Below are positions 19,073-28,900 of a stretch of 64,000 nucleotides of DNA, piece after piece. Source of the DNA: Candidatus Omnitrophota bacterium (GTDB lineage Bacteria; Omnitrophota; Omnitrophia; Omnitrophales; Aquincolibacteriaceae); assembly GCA_022711115.1 (NCBI GenBank), contig JAKLFP010000002.1, forward strand, positions 207,674-271,673. Reading direction: 5' to 3'. Numbering within the stretch: position 1 is the first letter of the stretch; each line of letters begins with the position of its first letter. Position numbers and translations under genes: made by a program. Under the pieces are notes generated by a model, which was not told where the DNA came from, did not search any database, and worked only from the letters and a program-made list of their open reading frames with translations.

Positions 19073-21205
19073 TCATCTGTTCGGGAATTGGCGCCGTTCC
19101 TTGATCGGCAATATAAAATGCATGGTGGTCCCCTCCCCCAGTTTGGATTCAGCCCAAATCTTGCCCTGATGCCGGATGATGATCTCCTTGCAGATCGCCA
19201 GCCCAAGCCCGGAGCCTCCGGTCTTTTTCTCTTTGACATTATCAAGCTGTTGAAAGCTTTGAAAAAGTTTCGGGATATCGTCCGCTGAAATTCCGGGACC
19301 GGTATCGCTCACGGAAACATGAGCCATGACATCTTCCTGATGCAGTCGGATCACGATACTGCCATGATCCGTGAATTTAACGGCATTGTTCAGCAAGTTG
19401 ATCAACACCTGAACGATTTTGTCCCGATCAAAACGCAAGTGCGGCATCTTATCATCCAGATCGAGCTCGAATTTCAGCCCTTTTTGTTCGATCACAAGCT
19501 TCATCGTCTCATAGACTTCCCGGATCACACTCTGCAAATCATTTTCTTCAGGGGTAAAAACCATTTTCCCCGATTCCAGTTTTTGAAAATCCAAAACGCT
19601 GTTGATCAGCCTGTGAAGTCGCTCCGTATTGCGCCTGCCGATTTCCAGAAATTTCTTCTGTTGCTCATTGACATCGCCAAAAACCCCGTCCAGGACGATC
19701 CCCACTCCCTCTTTGATGGCAGTCAGCGGTGTGCGCAATTCATGGGTGACCATCGAAACAAACTGGGCCTTAGCTTCCACGAGTTCTCGATTTCGCCGTT
19801 CTACACTTTTTCGTTCCGTAATATCGCGCGCAACCCCGATGACGCCGAGAATCTTCCCTGCATAATCACGGTGGGGCGCACGGACAGTATGAAGAATCAA
19901 ACTTTTGCCATGAACATCAAGTGTTTCTTCGGATTCATAAAGTTTACCGCCACCGACCATGGCCTTGAGATCATTGTCCTTGAATTGACGGGCATCCGCC
20001 TCAGAAAGGATCTCGATGTCCAACTTTCCGATGATTTCACTCCTCGATTTTCCAAACCACCGCTCTCCAACAGAGTTAATCATGATGTAGCGGCCCCTGT
20101 AATCTTTCACGGATACCATCTCACTTGTTCCGTCAACGATGGCCTGAAGAAGATTATAACTGTTCTGAAGTTTCTCCTCTCCTTCGATACGAATCTGAAG
20201 AAATCTTAGAAACAGATTGACCAGCAAAATACTGAATGCCAGCAAAATCCCATAAAAAAGCAAAACCTCCCGGAGAGCTTTATCGCGATCCTTAAACACT
20301 TTTTGAACCGGCTGGGTCACGACAACACCCCATCCGAACTTGGGAATCGGTTCATAGGCCACAAGTTCATTTAACTTTTCGACGGGATTGAAAATGACTT
20401 CTGCGCCGTTTTTTCCTTTTAAAAGCGCGTTCATGATCGGAAGGCCCGAAAAATCCACGATCCCTTTCGTAAACGGAAACCTTGGATGATAAACAATGTG
20501 ACCGCTTTGATCCACCAAGTAGGCAATCTGCTCCGTGTTCCTCTCCATGGGCTTTAAAATGAGTTCGAAGGGATCGAGCTTGATCTGAAGGGTAAGTATG
20601 CCTTGCATGTTCTTCAAGGCTTCTCGTTCCTCTTGGCCAGCAGCCACGCCGGAGCCAGGAGGAAGAATGGGAATCGCGATCGCAATAACGTTATATTTGG
20701 GCTCCGACCAAGTCTGATATACTTCGGTCACAAAAGGCCGCATGGTCTTGATGACGCCCTTGTACCATTCCCGATTAGCACGACTCGTTCCGGCGATTCC
20801 CGCAACTCCCGGATAATCTCCGATAACAGTACCCTGAGGATTTGAAATAAAAATACGCTCAATGAATGGGAATAAGGTTGGAAGTCCGGTTAGAGCCACA
20901 CGGGCCTTCTTCTGGTCTCCAAGCGTCACAGCATCCACAACGAGCGGATTCATAGCCAGGGAGGTCCCGATATCGATAAAGTTACTGATCTTCTCGGAAA
21001 CGGTCACTGCGGAAAGCTTGGCAAGAAATTCCTTCTGCGATATTTCGAAGCGGGTCAGTTGCTCGAAAGTCTTAAGGTAGCTGAATGCAGCTAAAACGAG
21101 CACGGGCGAGATGGCAAAAAAAAGGAACAGTCCCCGGGCATAAAAGCCCTTCCACCCTTTTGAAAACAACCATGATGTCAACGCTGACGGAATTTTTTCA
21201 AACAT
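19073..21205 (-). CDS. sensor histidine kinase (Cache-like periplasmic domain, PAS, HisKA, HATPase)
   Basis: Two TM helices flank a periplasmic domain of about 250 aa. It also carries a PAS domain, an H-box (HELRTPL), and N/G boxes (GGSGLGL). Confidence 0.85.
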   Translation of the reverse strand: MFEKIPSALTSWLFSKGWKGFYARGLFLFFAISPVLVLAAFSYLKTFEQLTRFEISQKEFLAKLSAVTVSEKISNFIDIGTSLAMNPLVVDAVTLGDQKKARVALTGLPTLFPFIERIFISNPQGTVIGDYPGVAGIAGTSRANREWYKGVIKTMRPFVTEVYQTWSEPKYNVIAIAIPILPPGSGVAAGQEEREALKNMQGILTLQIKLDPFELILKPMERNTEQIAYLVDQSGHIVYHPRFPFTKGIVDFSGLPIMNALLKGKNGAEVIFNPVEKLNELVAYEPIPKFGWGVVVTQPVQKVFKDRDKALREVLLFYGILLAFSILLVNLFLRFLQIRIEGEEKLQNSYNLLQAIVDGTSEMVSVKDYRGRYIMINSVGERWFGKSRSEIIGKLDIEILSEADARQFKDNDLKAMVGGGKLYESEETLDVHGKSLILHTVRAPHRDYAGKILGVIGVARDITERKSVERRNRELVEAKAQFVSMVTHELRTPLTAIKEGVGIVLDGVFGDVNEQQKKFLEIGRRNTERLHRLINSVLDFQKLESGKMVFTPEENDLQSVIREVYETMKLVIEQKGLKFELDLDDKMPHLRFDRDKIVQVLINLLNNAVKFTDHGSIVIRLHQEDVMAHVSVSDTGPGISADDIPKLFQSFQQLDNVKEKKTGGSGLGLAICKEIIIRHQGKIWAESKLGEGTTMHFILPIKERRQFPNR

Positions 21206-21524
21206 CGAACAAACAAACCTTTTCTGAATACTGATAAAATTTGTTTTTTGTGAACCCCAAAAAAAGAAGAAACAAGAAAGTAGCAGAGATTATTTTCCAC
21301 AACTCTCATAAATTCAATATGATGCGTGAAGTCTCCGGATTTATCAAGCCTTTAGTGTCACAAGACGACCGAATAAACATTTGGGCGTTGCCTATCGATT
21401 CAAACAAGAGATTGCAGCATCGTTTTTATCAAAAAGGATGAAGCTAAAAGGAGCCGTACGCCAGTGGCTGTGTGTTGAAAGACGTTGGGGCGTTTTTCCC
21501 GCAGGACCTATGAATCAATTTTCA

Positions 21525-22097
21525 TCAGGGTTGTTTCGGGATCGTTTGATAGTAAAAAAAGATCACATCCCTGCGTCCGATGACACCAACGAGATTATCA
21601 TTTTCTATCACCGGCAGCGTATGGATATTGCCGATACACATCAACTGGATCATTTCAGAAAAAGGTGTTTCCGGCGAAATCGTTTGAACATCCCGCGTCA
21701 TCACCTCCTGCACATCCGGGAAGGCTGGCTGTTTTTCGCCCTGAAGCTGCGCTTTTCCCATAATATGAAACAGATCTGTCGCGGTAATAACGCCGACGAG
21801 CCTATGGTTTCGGGATACCACCGGCAAACCACTTACCCGATAACGCATCATCAGTAATGCTGCCTGAACTACGGAATCTTCTTCACAGACCGTCACCATG
21901 GATTTTGACATCAAGTCCTTGGCTTTCAATTGCATCGCTTTTTCCGGGTCAAGACTGCTGATATGATGACTGTCGAAAATAGATTGGAAAAGAACTTCTG
22001 AATCGATCAGAGGATTCCCGCAATAAGCACAAAAACGGGCTTCGGAAGCAGGTTGATCACTACACTTACTGCAACCTTTTTTGTATTTTTGTTCCAT
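21525..22097 (-). CDS. CBS-pair protein with an N-terminal zinc ribbon
   Basis: The N-terminus carries CSKCS...CAYCG, followed by two CBS motifs. Confidence 0.7.
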   Translation of the reverse strand: MEQKYKKGCSKCSDQPASEARFCAYCGNPLIDSEVLFQSIFDSHHISSLDPEKAMQLKAKDLMSKSMVTVCEEDSVVQAALLMMRYRVSGLPVVSRNHRLVGVITATDLFHIMGKAQLQGEKQPAFPDVQEVMTRDVQTISPETPFSEMIQLMCIGNIHTLPVIENDNLVGVIGRRDVIFFYYQTIPKQP

Positions 22098-22328
22098 GGT
22101 GTTCTCCCCGACACCGCATCGACATTATCAGCATCGCTGGTTGAGGATGCACGAAATGGCTCCGGCATGAAAAAAATGCTTTCATCGTCCGAAAACACAC
22201 CTGATGGTGCGAACCTATTCTACAAATCAAATACCCGGGTATTTCATGAAAACGCTGTAATTCTAGCGCACATCATATAAATGAGTCTATGGCTAAAACC
22301 ATCTGTCAACGAGCGGAAACAAAAAAAA

Positions 22329-22754
22329 TTAGCTTGAAGGCAAATAATTCGATGTGCCGGTAAACGTACCGTCCTGATCGATTCTGATCGTTGAAGCATC
22401 CTTAAGGCTTGTTGCCGTAGCGTAAAAGGATGTCGCGATGTCCCCCGTCAAACCTGGTCCTATGCTGAAATTGTAGCTTTCCGTTGTGACCTCCACTCCC
22501 AGTTTGTCCTTGATATCTGTAATGGTGCACGGAGTGGCCGCACACGCGATATACGTATTGTGCGTCGTATAATAAACCCTTTCTCCGGTTCTGATGACTC
22601 GCAGATAGACCGCCGCCGCACTAGCTTTGGATTTGTCCACACTCGCGGTAAAGTTTGGAATCACCATCGCGGCCAGAATGGATGCCACCACCATGGTTAC
22701 GATAAGTTCTAAAAGCGTTAAGCCTTTTTGTATTTTTTTATTTGTCTTTTGCAT
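22329..22754 (-). CDS. prepilin-type minor pilin (PilE/FimT/GspH-like)
   Basis: MQKTNKKIQKGLTLLELIVTMVVASILAAMV. The start was set at the internal ATG (22754). Confidence 0.7.
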   Translation of the reverse strand: MQKTNKKIQKGLTLLELIVTMVVASILAAMVIPNFTASVDKSKASAAAVYLRVIRTGERVYYTTHNTYIACAATPCTITDIKDKLGVEVTTESYNFSIGPGLTGDIATSFYATATSLKDASTIRIDQDGTFTGTSNYLPSS

Positions 22755-22831
22755 TTTAAAAACTCCTTTGCTGCCATCGATGAGTCCATCATAGCCTATT
22801 TGACACCTCACACCAATCCTCCTCTGAAGTC

Positions 22832-23149
22832 TCAATAGGCAACAGTCGATTCAATTTTGATCGATCCATCTGCTTGCATTGTTTTCGTAATCTCGACGGT
22901 TCTTCCATCCACATTGAGAAAACCAACCACCGGCGATCCCAGTGTGGGTGAAGAAATCCCATTTCTGGATTCCCATATGCCATGTTGCACTCCCGCCTCG
23001 GCAAGGTATTGAGCATTGATCATAGCAGCACCGGACATCTGCAGCATTGACGCAAGATTCGCTTTTGCATTCAGAATCGCCGTGAGCAGAATCGCCGTGA
23101 TGATCGCAAAAACCAAAACTGATATGAGTGCAAATCCGTTTTTTTTCAT
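22832..23149 (-). CDS. PilX/GspK-like minor pilin
   Basis: MKKNGFALISVLVFAIITAIL has no Glu5. A PilX_N-like YLAEAG motif is present. Confidence 0.6.
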   Translation of the reverse strand: MKKNGFALISVLVFAIITAILLTAILNAKANLASMLQMSGAAMINAQYLAEAGVQHGIWESRNGISSPTLGSPVVGFLNVDGRTVEITKTMQADGSIKIESTVAY

Positions 23150-23673
23150 GGCTGAGCACTCCTGCAACGCGACACGATCGTTGTTTTCAAAATTAATGGC
23201 GGCGCATTTTCAGGCTGGGCCGTGATCTTGATTTCGACTCGATTAGCATCAAGAAGCGTAAACCCTAAACTCACCACCTTGCTTGCTAACACTACTGGCG
23301 CGTTCGCCGGATTGCTTCCTTCTTGACTTATATATTTCAAATCGTTTAAACCTGTGCCGTCTGGATATAAAGCATAAGTATAAGTCGTATCATCCGCATC
23401 GGATGCCGGCGTGCCTGCTTCGTCGATCCCGATGGTAATACTGCCGGCAGAGACGTTGATTGCATTAGCAATTTGAACTTTATTGATGATATCTTCAAAA
23501 GCTTGTATGATCGCCGTCTGAGAAGCTGGTTCCGACTTACTAAGGTTAATCATAGCTCGCATCAAAGTAGTCATCACATTCGACGAAGCGAGCAAAACCG
23601 TCGAAAGCAAGGCCATCGCGATGATCATTTCAAGCAAAGACAGCCCTTCGTGCCCCTTTTTTATTCGTTCCAT
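23146..23673 (-). CDS. PilW/GspJ-like minor pilin
   Basis: GLSLLEMIIAMALLSTVLLAS prepilin N-terminus. The protein is 175 aa. Confidence 0.65.
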   Translation of the reverse strand: MERIKKGHEGLSLLEMIIAMALLSTVLLASSNVMTTLMRAMINLSKSEPASQTAIIQAFEDIINKVQIANAINVSAGSITIGIDEAGTPASDADDTTYTYALYPDGTGLNDLKYISQEGSNPANAPVVLASKVVSLGFTLLDANRVEIKITAQPENAPPLILKTTIVSRCRSAQP

Positions 23674-24050
23674 GTTACAGTCACCGTCACTTTTTTATAC
23701 ATCAGTCTTCCAAAACCATCCATGATGTCATCCACCTGATAATTCCGGGTTGCCGCATAGCTTGCGTTTGCAAAAAAAGGACCCGAGGTAATCGGATCAC
23801 TTTTGGGCAAGCCGGAATCCACGAGCGGTTCCCCGAGATCGCCTGGACCAGACAGTACACTTACATGATTTTTGAGATTCTCCATGGTTTCTCTCGCATA
23901 GTAAGTCGCCATGATCGTATTCGCGGCATTTTTCGTCAGGGTCGGCTTAGTGCCCGTATAAAAAAGCGCGGCACACACCCCCAACGTGATCGTCGAAAAT
24001 ACGACCAAACTGACAATCACCTCAATCAGCGAAAATCCACGCTTTTTCAT
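23661..24050 (-). CDS. PilV/GspI-like minor pilin
   Basis: MKKRGFSLIEVIVSLVVFS. The protein is 129 aa. Confidence 0.7.
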   Translation of the reverse strand: MKKRGFSLIEVIVSLVVFSTITLGVCAALFYTGTKPTLTKNAANTIMATYYARETMENLKNHVSVLSGPGDLGEPLVDSGLPKSDPITSGPFFANASYAATRNYQVDDIMDGFGRLMYKKVTVTVTWNE

Positions 24051-24095
24051 ACTTTCAACCTTTCTAAACTCAAGACACTATCATTTTCTACTGCA

Positions 24096-24923
24096 TCAAG
24101 CGATACCCGGCAATTCCTTCCAGGCATGCGAACTGTTGCAGTACATGATCCTTCCAGTGACGGGCGCTCCGGGCTGATAATACACAAGCGTCCCTTCTCG
24201 CGTTGCATTACACGCATAGACGTTTATATCCACAGCCCCAACCTTGATGGCGCCTTCGACGCTTAACACCGGATAAACGTTAGAATCGGAACTGCTCATG
24301 GTGACCCCTCTGCCCGAAAAAGTAGTTGTTGAAGTGGCCGGATCGCCAGGAGAACCCGTTTGAACGCGCAGTTCCCGCGGAACAGAAAGTTGTGTTGCAT
24401 TCGGTAAAGTCGCATGGGCAGACCCATGCATGCGCAACACCGCTGTATCATTCAAATTGTTTTGAAATGCTATCCCCGCGCCATTCGCCGCATCATAGTT
24501 TTGCAATCGAATGCCCGGACTGCTGACGTAAGCAAAGAACTTCGCAGTGGTCGAAGTCATCGTTCTGATTTTTACGTTTCCTTGATTATCCACATAAAAT
24601 CCGTTATGAATATCCAAAAGAAAATTGGGGTAGATTGTCCCAATACCAACTTTCCCTTGAACGACGAGGGAAGTCGCTGTTTCCGTTCGGGAGGAATTCG
24701 CTGGGCACACTTCATCCACCCAGCAGACACTGCTTGCATTCATGTAATCAGCACCGATGGCCGCACGTTTAAGGCTTAATTGCTTATAGCCACCAAAAGG
24801 AGAAGGATAAGAAGAATTAACAGTCATTTGTCTGTCGACAGCAGCTGCAAAATCTGAAAAAGCAAACAGCCCCGCGATGCTTATCAAAATTATTCGACTT
24901 GCCTTCCTCATTCTCTTTTGCAT
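24096..24923 (-). CDS. secreted Cys-containing protein, paralog 1 of 3 (unknown family, co-operonic with the minor pilins)
   Basis: A Sec signal peptide (IAGLFAFSDFAAA). Conserved blocks shared with paralogs 2 and 3 include SYPSPFGGYKQLSLKRAAIG, VCW, LVVQGKVGIGT, and a C-terminal GAIKVGA...C...YCN..W..L. Confidence 0.6.
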   Translation of the reverse strand: MQKRMRKASRIILISIAGLFAFSDFAAAVDRQMTVNSSYPSPFGGYKQLSLKRAAIGADYMNASSVCWVDEVCPANSSRTETATSLVVQGKVGIGTIYPNFLLDIHNGFYVDNQGNVKIRTMTSTTAKFFAYVSSPGIRLQNYDAANGAGIAFQNNLNDTAVLRMHGSAHATLPNATQLSVPRELRVQTGSPGDPATSTTTFSGRGVTMSSSDSNVYPVLSVEGAIKVGAVDINVYACNATREGTLVYYQPGAPVTGRIMYCNSSHAWKELPGIA

Positions 24924-24943
24924 TTTTTCCTCATCCTGCCTCA

Positions 24944-25918
24944 TTAAGCTTTAAGTTTTTTCCAGCCACGGCCGTCACAAAAATAAAAACGTCTATCACT
25001 AAGAAAGGTGATGACTCCTTTCGTCCATGCGGTGCCATCATCACAAGCAGGCAGACTCGTCGCCAGCCATTGCGCCCCGATTTTTACGGCACCCCTTACA
25101 TTCAAGACCGCTTCAGTAACATGATTGGGATCTGAGCTTTTGATGGTCATGTTGGCCCCTCCAAAAAAATCGGTGGTCGATGTCGAAGTACCACTGCTGT
25201 CGCCGGAAAAAAATAAAAGCCGGTTATTCATGATAAAACTCCAAACCGATTTATTTGGATCGACGGACGTATAATAGGGATTAAGCGTGAAAATGCTATA
25301 TTGACCTAAATTATTTAACAGGTCTAACTGAATCGAGTTCCCCGCCACGGGTTGTTGAAATTTGATTGTCGGAGAAGTCGTTGCTGACGGTTTCTCGTAA
25401 ATGTAAACTTTTGCATTAGGCACTAGATCAAGCGCCCCTATCGCGATACGCGCATAGCGATCCACCTGGAATGCGGTTATCTTGCATTCGAGACCATCTT
25501 TCGAGCCGTTACCATTTTCATCATACCAATCATACCCCGGGGGACAGGAGGTACCGGAGGGAGCTACCGCATTCCCCACAACCGACAAAAGCCCTTTCGG
25601 CCGTGCCGTGCCAATGCCCACATTCCCCTCCACAAACAATGAGTCATTAAGAGCCGAAGACCGTGAAGATCCGCTCGGACAGTACGGATCATTGGAATCA
25701 TCCCAACAAACAACCGATCGATTGACATAATGGGTGCCGAGGGCCATATACTTCAGGTTCGCTTGCCGGTAGCTTCCGTGGGAAGTCGGATAGGTCTCCG
25801 TAGAGGTAAAGTGGTTACCGCTTGCAAAAGAAATAGGCGAAGAGAAAAAGAGAGTTCCTAACAACGCCATCGCCAAAGTTTTTCCGGCCGCACTCACCTT
25901 CAAATCAACTCTTTTCAT
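24944..25918 (-). CDS. secreted Cys-containing protein, paralog 2 of 3
   Basis: A signal peptide. It shares TYPTSHGSYRQANLKYMALG, VVCW, FVEGNVGIGTARP, SCPPGYDWYDENGN...ECKITAFQV, and the C-terminal VRGAVKIGA...CDDG...FYFCDGRGWKKL. Confidence 0.6.
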   Translation of the reverse strand: MKRVDLKVSAAGKTLAMALLGTLFFSSPISFASGNHFTSTETYPTSHGSYRQANLKYMALGTHYVNRSVVCWDDSNDPYCPSGSSRSSALNDSLFVEGNVGIGTARPKGLLSVVGNAVAPSGTSCPPGYDWYDENGNGSKDGLECKITAFQVDRYARIAIGALDLVPNAKVYIYEKPSATTSPTIKFQQPVAGNSIQLDLLNNLGQYSIFTLNPYYTSVDPNKSVWSFIMNNRLLFFSGDSSGTSTSTTDFFGGANMTIKSSDPNHVTEAVLNVRGAVKIGAQWLATSLPACDDGTAWTKGVITFLSDRRFYFCDGRGWKKLKA

Positions 25919-25966
25919 TAAAGATTCACCGTCCATGTTTCACCTGGTTTTTCGCCATACTTCTCA

Positions 25967-26908
25967 TCAAGTGCCGAGAGTTTGCCATCCTGTATTGTCA
26001 CAAAACTGAAACTGGTTCCCGCTATACCGAATAAGCCCGTGATTAGTCACATCACAAACGACCGTTCCAGGCGTCGCGCCGACTTTGATCGATCCGTTAA
26101 CACCTAAGAGAGGGGATGTGGATCCAGCCGGATTTTTTATAACGATCCCTTTTCCGGAAAAAATCATTTTCTCTACGTTGGGTCCCATCATATAAAGAAC
26201 CAGTTCAGCCGGAGTCGTTAGGCTGAATAATCTTGGAGTTGGCGCCGCCGACCCGAAAAGTTGAAATGAAATGCTTTTGTTTCCCTCGTTTTGCAGCTGA
26301 AGACTCGGGCCGACAGCCGGGTTATCATTTTCCATCTTGAGAACATAACTATTCGTGATGGGCCCTCCCGATGAGGAAGTAAGAGAACGGTCGCTGAAAA
26401 AAATTGTTTTTCCATTATTGTTTACGTGCCCCACACTCAGTTCGTTCGATGCATTGATCTGAAATGCAGTGACCCGGCATTCTCCGGCATTAATGGCATT
26501 GTCACCATTTGCATCGTACCAATTCCAACCAATCGGGCAGCTTCCGCTGGTTGAGGGAATCACATTAAACTCGGGCGAAGTAACCGCAAAGCGCGCAACA
26601 GGAAGAGACGTAGTTCCGTCTTTCCCTTGCCGTGTATTCCCTATGCCCATATATCCCTGCACCACCAGAGACGTCGCCGCATCGATCGGGGTCGTTAAAA
26701 GACAAGTGGGATCATCGGCCCAACAGGTTGTTTTGGGATCCATGTAATTGGATCCAATAGCGGCATGCTTCAAGCCAATCTGCTTATAAGATCCTTGGGA
26801 GCTCGGAAGATAGGTTGTAAGCGTTACTTGCCGGGTTGCGGCAAAGAGAAATACTGGAAACAGGATAAAAAAAATTGCTAGCAATACAGCAATAGTCTTT
26901 TTACTCAT
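25967..26908 (-). CDS. secreted Cys-containing protein, paralog 3 of 3
   Basis: A signal peptide. It shares TYLPSSQGSYKQIGLKHAAIG, TTCW, LVVQGYMGIGN, SCPIGWNWYDANGD...ECRVTAFQI, and the C-terminal GSIKVGA...CDV...FQFCDNTGWQTL. Confidence 0.6.
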   Translation of the reverse strand: MSKKTIAVLLAIFFILFPVFLFAATRQVTLTTYLPSSQGSYKQIGLKHAAIGSNYMDPKTTCWADDPTCLLTTPIDAATSLVVQGYMGIGNTRQGKDGTTSLPVARFAVTSPEFNVIPSTSGSCPIGWNWYDANGDNAINAGECRVTAFQINASNELSVGHVNNNGKTIFFSDRSLTSSSGGPITNSYVLKMENDNPAVGPSLQLQNEGNKSISFQLFGSAAPTPRLFSLTTPAELVLYMMGPNVEKMIFSGKGIVIKNPAGSTSPLLGVNGSIKVGATPGTVVCDVTNHGLIRYSGNQFQFCDNTGWQTLGT

Positions 26909-26934
26909 TCTATTCTCCGAAGATCTAAAACAAT

Positions 26935-27105
26935 TTATTAATTAAATTTTATATCTAGTTTAATTATAGCATATTATAACTACTTTATATAAAACTATAA
27001 TATACTTAAATATAAAAATATATAAAAATAAATAGTATTTTATAACAATAAATTTGTAACATTTTTACTACATGCTCGAGTCAAATTCCCATAATAGATC
27101 TTTGT
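26935..27105. other. extreme AT-rich tract (mostly A/T over about 170 nt) in the 660-bp leader of the paralog-pilin operon
   Basis: Direct reading: ttaattaaattttatatctagtttaattatagcatattataactactttatataaaactataatatacttaaatataaaaatatataaaaataaatag... Confidence 0.7.
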
Positions 27106-27568
27106 AAGCAATCAAATCGGCACTACAAAAGATGTCTACCTACCAAGGCACTCATGCACAATAAAGCTACAAATCGCTTATACTTTAAAATCAAAAAAAA
27201 CTCGCATGTTCCGTTACACGTTTAGTATCGGCAAAATAATCAAAAATTTAGACTCACTTCAACATAGACAAAGAATGTTTATAAACTATGAATCAAAAAG
27301 AGCCATTTTAAAGCAATCTTATCTTCGCCCTTACGCTTAGATGCTTGAATCTAGAAAATGAGATTTCGATTGTAAGGAAGACATTAAACAACCCGCCGAT
27401 ATGCTAACAATACAACCGACTACACAGATCTTGGAGTGCGAAAAACCAACCGAGTGACGGATAAGATTCTCTCTTGAGCCCATCCCTCAAAACGGAATTC
27501 AGACATTCAGAAAAAGATCGTTCAAGACTCTAGGGCCGATCGCCCGTCTTATTTGAGTTAGTTTATAA

Positions 27569-28186
27569 TCACCGTACAGATGCAATATATTGTGTCAGGA
27601 GGGATTTTAACTTCAGAAATGCCTTGCCACGGTGGGAAACGCGATGTTTCATCACGGGCGGGACTTCACCGAAAGTTTTTTGATAAGGAGGGTAGTAAAA
27701 AAGAGGGTCATAGCCAAAACCTTCGGCACCTTGAAGCTCACGCACAATAAACCCATGAACTTGTCCGCGAACAACTCCAATAAGCTTTGCGGGTTCAGCA
27801 AGAGCAATGGCGGATTCATAATAGGCGGTACGTTTTTCATCCGGCACCTCTTTAAGCATTGCGATAAGTTTCGCGTTATTGGCGTCATCACTTTTTCCGG
27901 TGCCGGAAAAACGCGCCGAAAGAACGCCGGGAGCCCCGTCTAAGGCGTCACAGCAAAGTCCGGAATCTTCACCTAAAGTCAGCATCCCTGTTTGCTCCGC
28001 ATACCCCAGCGCCTTGATCTTGGCATTTTCTTCAAATGTGCGCCCGGTTTCCGGCACTTCCTGATAATCGGGAAAATCTTGCAGAATCAGATACTGGATT
28101 GGCAAATCCTCCAGAAATGTCTGACACTCTTTCAGCTTCTTACGATTGGTCGTCGCAATCAAAAGCCGAATTTTAGGATTGGACAT
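27569..28186 (-). CDS. rdgB: non-canonical purine NTP pyrophosphatase (RdgB/HAM1)
   Basis: Motifs [13 protein letters not shown], and FGYDPLF. Confidence 0.85.
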   Translation of the reverse strand: MSNPKIRLLIATTNRKKLKECQTFLEDLPIQYLILQDFPDYQEVPETGRTFEENAKIKALGYAEQTGMLTLGEDSGLCCDALDGAPGVLSARFSGTGKSDDANNAKLIAMLKEVPDEKRTAYYESAIALAEPAKLIGVVRGQVHGFIVRELQGAEGFGYDPLFYYPPYQKTFGEVPPVMKHRVSHRGKAFLKLKSLLTQYIASVR

Positions 28187-28889
28187 ATTTCTTTTGAATG
28201 GCTGTCAGCTTACGGATCCCCTGCTTCGCCAGTTGAAGCATCTTCTGGAGCGTCAATTCCGTAAACGGCTTCCCTTCCGCGGTTCCCTGAACTTCCACCA
28301 ATTTCCCGGAACCGGTCATCACCACATTCATATCCACCTCCGCTTTCGAATCTTCGGCATAGCAAAGATCCAGGACTGGCATCCCGCCCACCACCCCCAC
28401 GCTGACAGCAGCCACAGAATCAAGAATGGGATTTTCCGTGATGATTCCTTCAATCAAAAGTTTTTGCACCGCTTGTTCGAGCGCAATATAACATCCTGTG
28501 ATCGAAGCCGTCCGCGTGCCGCCATCCCCCTGGATCACATCCGCATCCAGCCAAATGGTGCGATCTTTGAGTTTTTTGAGATCGACGATCGAACGCAAAC
28601 TTCTTCCAATCAGACGCTGGATCTCCTGGGTGCGTCCTGAAAGCTTCCCTTTGGATGCTTCGCGCGCAATACGCTCGCTACAGGATGCCGGGAGCATGCC
28701 GTATTCAGCCGTAACCCACCCTTTCTCTTCCAACTTGCAGAATGGCGGTACTTTTGCTTCAACGCTCGCCGAACAAACGACTTTCGTGTCGCCCATCTCG
28801 ATCAGACAGGAGCCATGCGCGTTTTTCAAAAAGTGAGTGTGGATGGTGATTTTGCGAAGCTGATCGTTCTTTCTTTTATCGATTCTCAA
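28173..28889 (-). CDS. rph: ribonuclease PH
   Basis: A 238-aa protein with PNPase-like fold motifs ([14 protein letters not shown]...[10 protein letters not shown]). Confidence 0.85.
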   Translation of the reverse strand: MRIDKRKNDQLRKITIHTHFLKNAHGSCLIEMGDTKVVCSASVEAKVPPFCKLEEKGWVTAEYGMLPASCSERIAREASKGKLSGRTQEIQRLIGRSLRSIVDLKKLKDRTIWLDADVIQGDGGTRTASITGCYIALEQAVQKLLIEGIITENPILDSVAAVSVGVVGGMPVLDLCYAEDSKAEVDMNVVMTGSGKLVEVQGTAEGKPFTELTLQKMLQLAKQGIRKLTAIQKKYVQS

Positions 28890-28900
28890 GCGAGACCTCC

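Noticed and set aside
24924-24944. Longer start for paralog 1 (MRQDEEK...) overlapping the paralog 2 stop
   Set aside because: The internal ATG at 24,923 gives a canonical signal peptide immediately. The longer form adds a charged segment before the signal.
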